The translations under genes were made by a program, and so were the position numbers. Positions 62,269-64,000 of a stretch of DNA of 64,000 nt are shown in pieces (within the stretch, counting starts at the first letter, position 1; each line of letters begins with the position of its first letter). Below the pieces are notes generated by a model that had not been told where the DNA came from, made no database searches, and saw only the letters and a program-made list of their open reading frames with translations. Source of the stretch: Mobula hypostoma (lineage: Eukaryota); contig NC_086097.1 in the NCBI RefSeq assembly GCF_963921235.1, positions 223,822,001-223,886,000 on the forward strand, in the 5' to 3' direction.

Positions 62269-64000
62269 ATGGAGGTTGAGGAATTTATAAAGGCGCCGAC
62301 CTTGGAGGCATTAGAGGATGCCAGGAAATCGGAATTGATAGCTGTGGCAAAACGGGTGAATCTTGCTAAGGTGAAGTCGACAATGAGGAGAGAGGAGATA
62401 CACAGAGCTATTGTAGAGCACTATGTATCTAAAGGTGTGTTTCCCCAAGGTGAGCTGGGGGAGGTGTCTATTGAAAAACCTGCTGGAGACGCGGTACAGG
62501 TACAGCTTGAAAAACTGAGACTCGAGCACGAGTTCCGGGTACGGCAGTTAGAAAGGCAGGAGAAAGAGAGAGAGTTAGAAAGGCAGGAGAAAGAGAGAGA
62601 GTTAGAAAGGCAGGAGAAAGAGAGAGAGTTAGAAAGGCGGGAGAGAGAGAAAGAGGTAGAAAGGCAAGAGAGAGAAAGACAGTTGGAGAGAGAAGAGAGA
62701 GAGAGGGACAGACAGTTGGAGAGAGAAGAGAGAGAGAGGGACAGACAGTTGGAGAGAGAGGAGAAACAGAGGGAAAGGGAATTTGAGCTGGAGAAGTTAA
62801 AGATAAGGGCCGAGCAGGGGCTCGTGCCGAACCAAGGTGGAGGGTTCCGGGCGACCCAGGAGGTTAGGCTGGTTCCCCCATTTGACGATACCGATGTGGA
62901 TCGGTACTTTCTCCACTTCGAAAAAGTAGCTATAAGTCAGGAATGGCCGAGGGATAAGTGGGTTGTCTTACTTCAGAGTGTACTGAAAGGGAAGGCCCAA
63001 CAAGCTTACTCCGCTTTATCCCCGGAAGATGCCCAGAAGTATGAGGTGGTGAAGGAGGCCATCCTCAGGACTTATGAGTTGGTCCCGGAGGCATACCGGC
63101 AGAGGTTCCGGAATGCGAGGAAGCGGTGGGACCGCACGTATTTGGAGTTTGCTCGCGAGATGCAAACATATTGTGAGCGTTGGTGCGCCTCGAAAGGGGT
63201 AGAGGGGGATTATGACAGACTGCTGCAACTGGTTCTGATTGAGCAGTTTAAAGGTTGTGTCCCTGAGGGTATGAGACCCTACCTCGATGAGAAAGAGGCA
63301 GCCACGTTAGCCGCAACTGCTAAGTTAGCGGATGAGTATGCGTTGACGCATAAAATGAAGGTTGCCCCGAGTAAAGGCTACCAGAAGGGTAGTCAGGACG
63401 GCGGGGAGAGTCCACCGGAAAAGTCAGAAAGTAAGCCGGGGACTAGTGAAAAGGATAAGGTAGACCGGGAGCAGTCTGGTAGGAAGTCTCCTGGAGTCGT
63501 TTGTTATAATTGTGGGAAAGTCGGACACTTTGCGTCCAGGTGCTTTGCCCCAAGGAAGGAGACGGGGAAAGGAAAAGCGGAAATTTTGAATGGCTGTATT
63601 GAGCTGTTAAGCGAACCGCTAGGGAAGGACAGGTCTGAAAAAGTCCAGGAAGGGCGCGAGAGGTTTATCTCGGCCGGACTGGTGTCAGTGAAGGAGAGGT
63701 TAAAACCAGTTCCAGTACGGATCTGGAGAGACACAGGAGCGTGTCAGTCACTAATACTGAAGAGTGTATTAGAGTTTAGCTCAGAGACCCAGACTGGGGA
63801 GGTAGAGGTCAAAGGTGTTGGGGAAGGGACAGAGTCAGTCCCTTTGCACCAGATACATTTACAGAGCAACCTGGTCTCTGGACTAGTCACGATCGGGGTG
63901 AGGTCCGAATTACCGATGAAAGACGTGGAAGTCTTGCTCGGTAATGACATCGCCGGAGGGATCGTGTTCCCAGTCGTGAGATTGACGGGTCAGCCTGCCA
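62269..64000 (+). CDS. gag: Gypsy (Gmr1-like) Gag-protease polyprotein, open to the window edge (at least 577 codons)
   Basis: MEVEEFIKAPTL..; E/R-rich repeats; capsid with SCAN-like PEAYRQRFR..LIEQF; CYNCGKVGHFASRC knuckle at 63502; protease RDTGA at about 63727 and LLGND; all in one frame. Confidence 0.95.
   Translation, partial: MEVEEFIKAPTLEALEDARKSELIAVAKRVNLAKVKSTMRREEIHRAIVEHYVSKGVFPQGELGEVSIEKPAGDAVQVQLEKLRLEHEFRVRQLERQEKERELERQEKERELERQEKERELERREREKEVERQERERQLEREERERDRQLEREERERDRQLEREEKQREREFELEKLKIRAEQGLVPNQGGGFRATQEVRLVPPFDDTDVDRYFLHFEKVAISQEWPRDKWVVLLQSVLKGKAQQAYSALSPEDAQKYEVVKEAILRTYELVPEAYRQRFRNARKRWDRTYLEFAREMQTYCERWCASKGVEGDYDRLLQLVLIEQFKGCVPEGMRPYLDEKEAATLAATAKLADEYALTHKMKVAPSKGYQKGSQDGGESPPEKSESKPGTSEKDKVDREQSGRKSPGVVCYNCGKVGHFASRCFAPRKETGKGKAEILNGCIELLSEPLGKDRSEKVQEGRERFISAGLVSVKERLKPVPVRIWRDTGACQSLILKSVLEFSSETQTGEVEVKGVGEGTESVPLHQIHLQSNLVSGLVTIGVRSELPMKDVEVLLGNDIAGGIVFPVVRLTGQPA

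Noticed and set aside
1..64000. Prokaryotic systems (CRISPR arrays, retrons, DGRs, defence operons)
   Set aside because: No regularly spaced repeat-spacer array and no operon-like gene density; every RT fragment belongs to a eukaryotic LINE or PLE family.

Overview
This is repeat-dense eukaryotic DNA, not prokaryotic. The repeat families (CR1, Rex1/Babar, Penelope-like, V-SINE/HE1-like tRNA SINEs) suggest a cartilaginous fish such as a ray or shark; that assignment is an inference. I found no convincing host exon, rRNA, tRNA gene or CRISPR array. Nearly all ORF-track entries are retroelement fragments or their antisense shadows. The window holds many nested CR1, Rex1, L2 and RTE fragments, and Penelope-like elements (PLEs) with minimal hammerhead ribozymes. 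It also has three decayed Gypsy elements (one a pol-less chromovirus derivative), two solo LTRs, and decayed hAT and Harbinger transposons. At the right edge is a young Gypsy with an 882-bp LTR and an uninterrupted gag-protease ORF (62269 to the window end) that the ORF track omits. The main signals are RNA structures. One is a complete HDV-like ribozyme fold (13223-13341, minus) inside a 636-bp non-coding retroelement. The other is a set of PLE hammerheads, many inside short fold-back insertions. Both ribozyme classes are known in retroelements, so any novelty lies in these particular families, not in a new class of system. Boundaries of decayed repeats are approximate and were read by eye.
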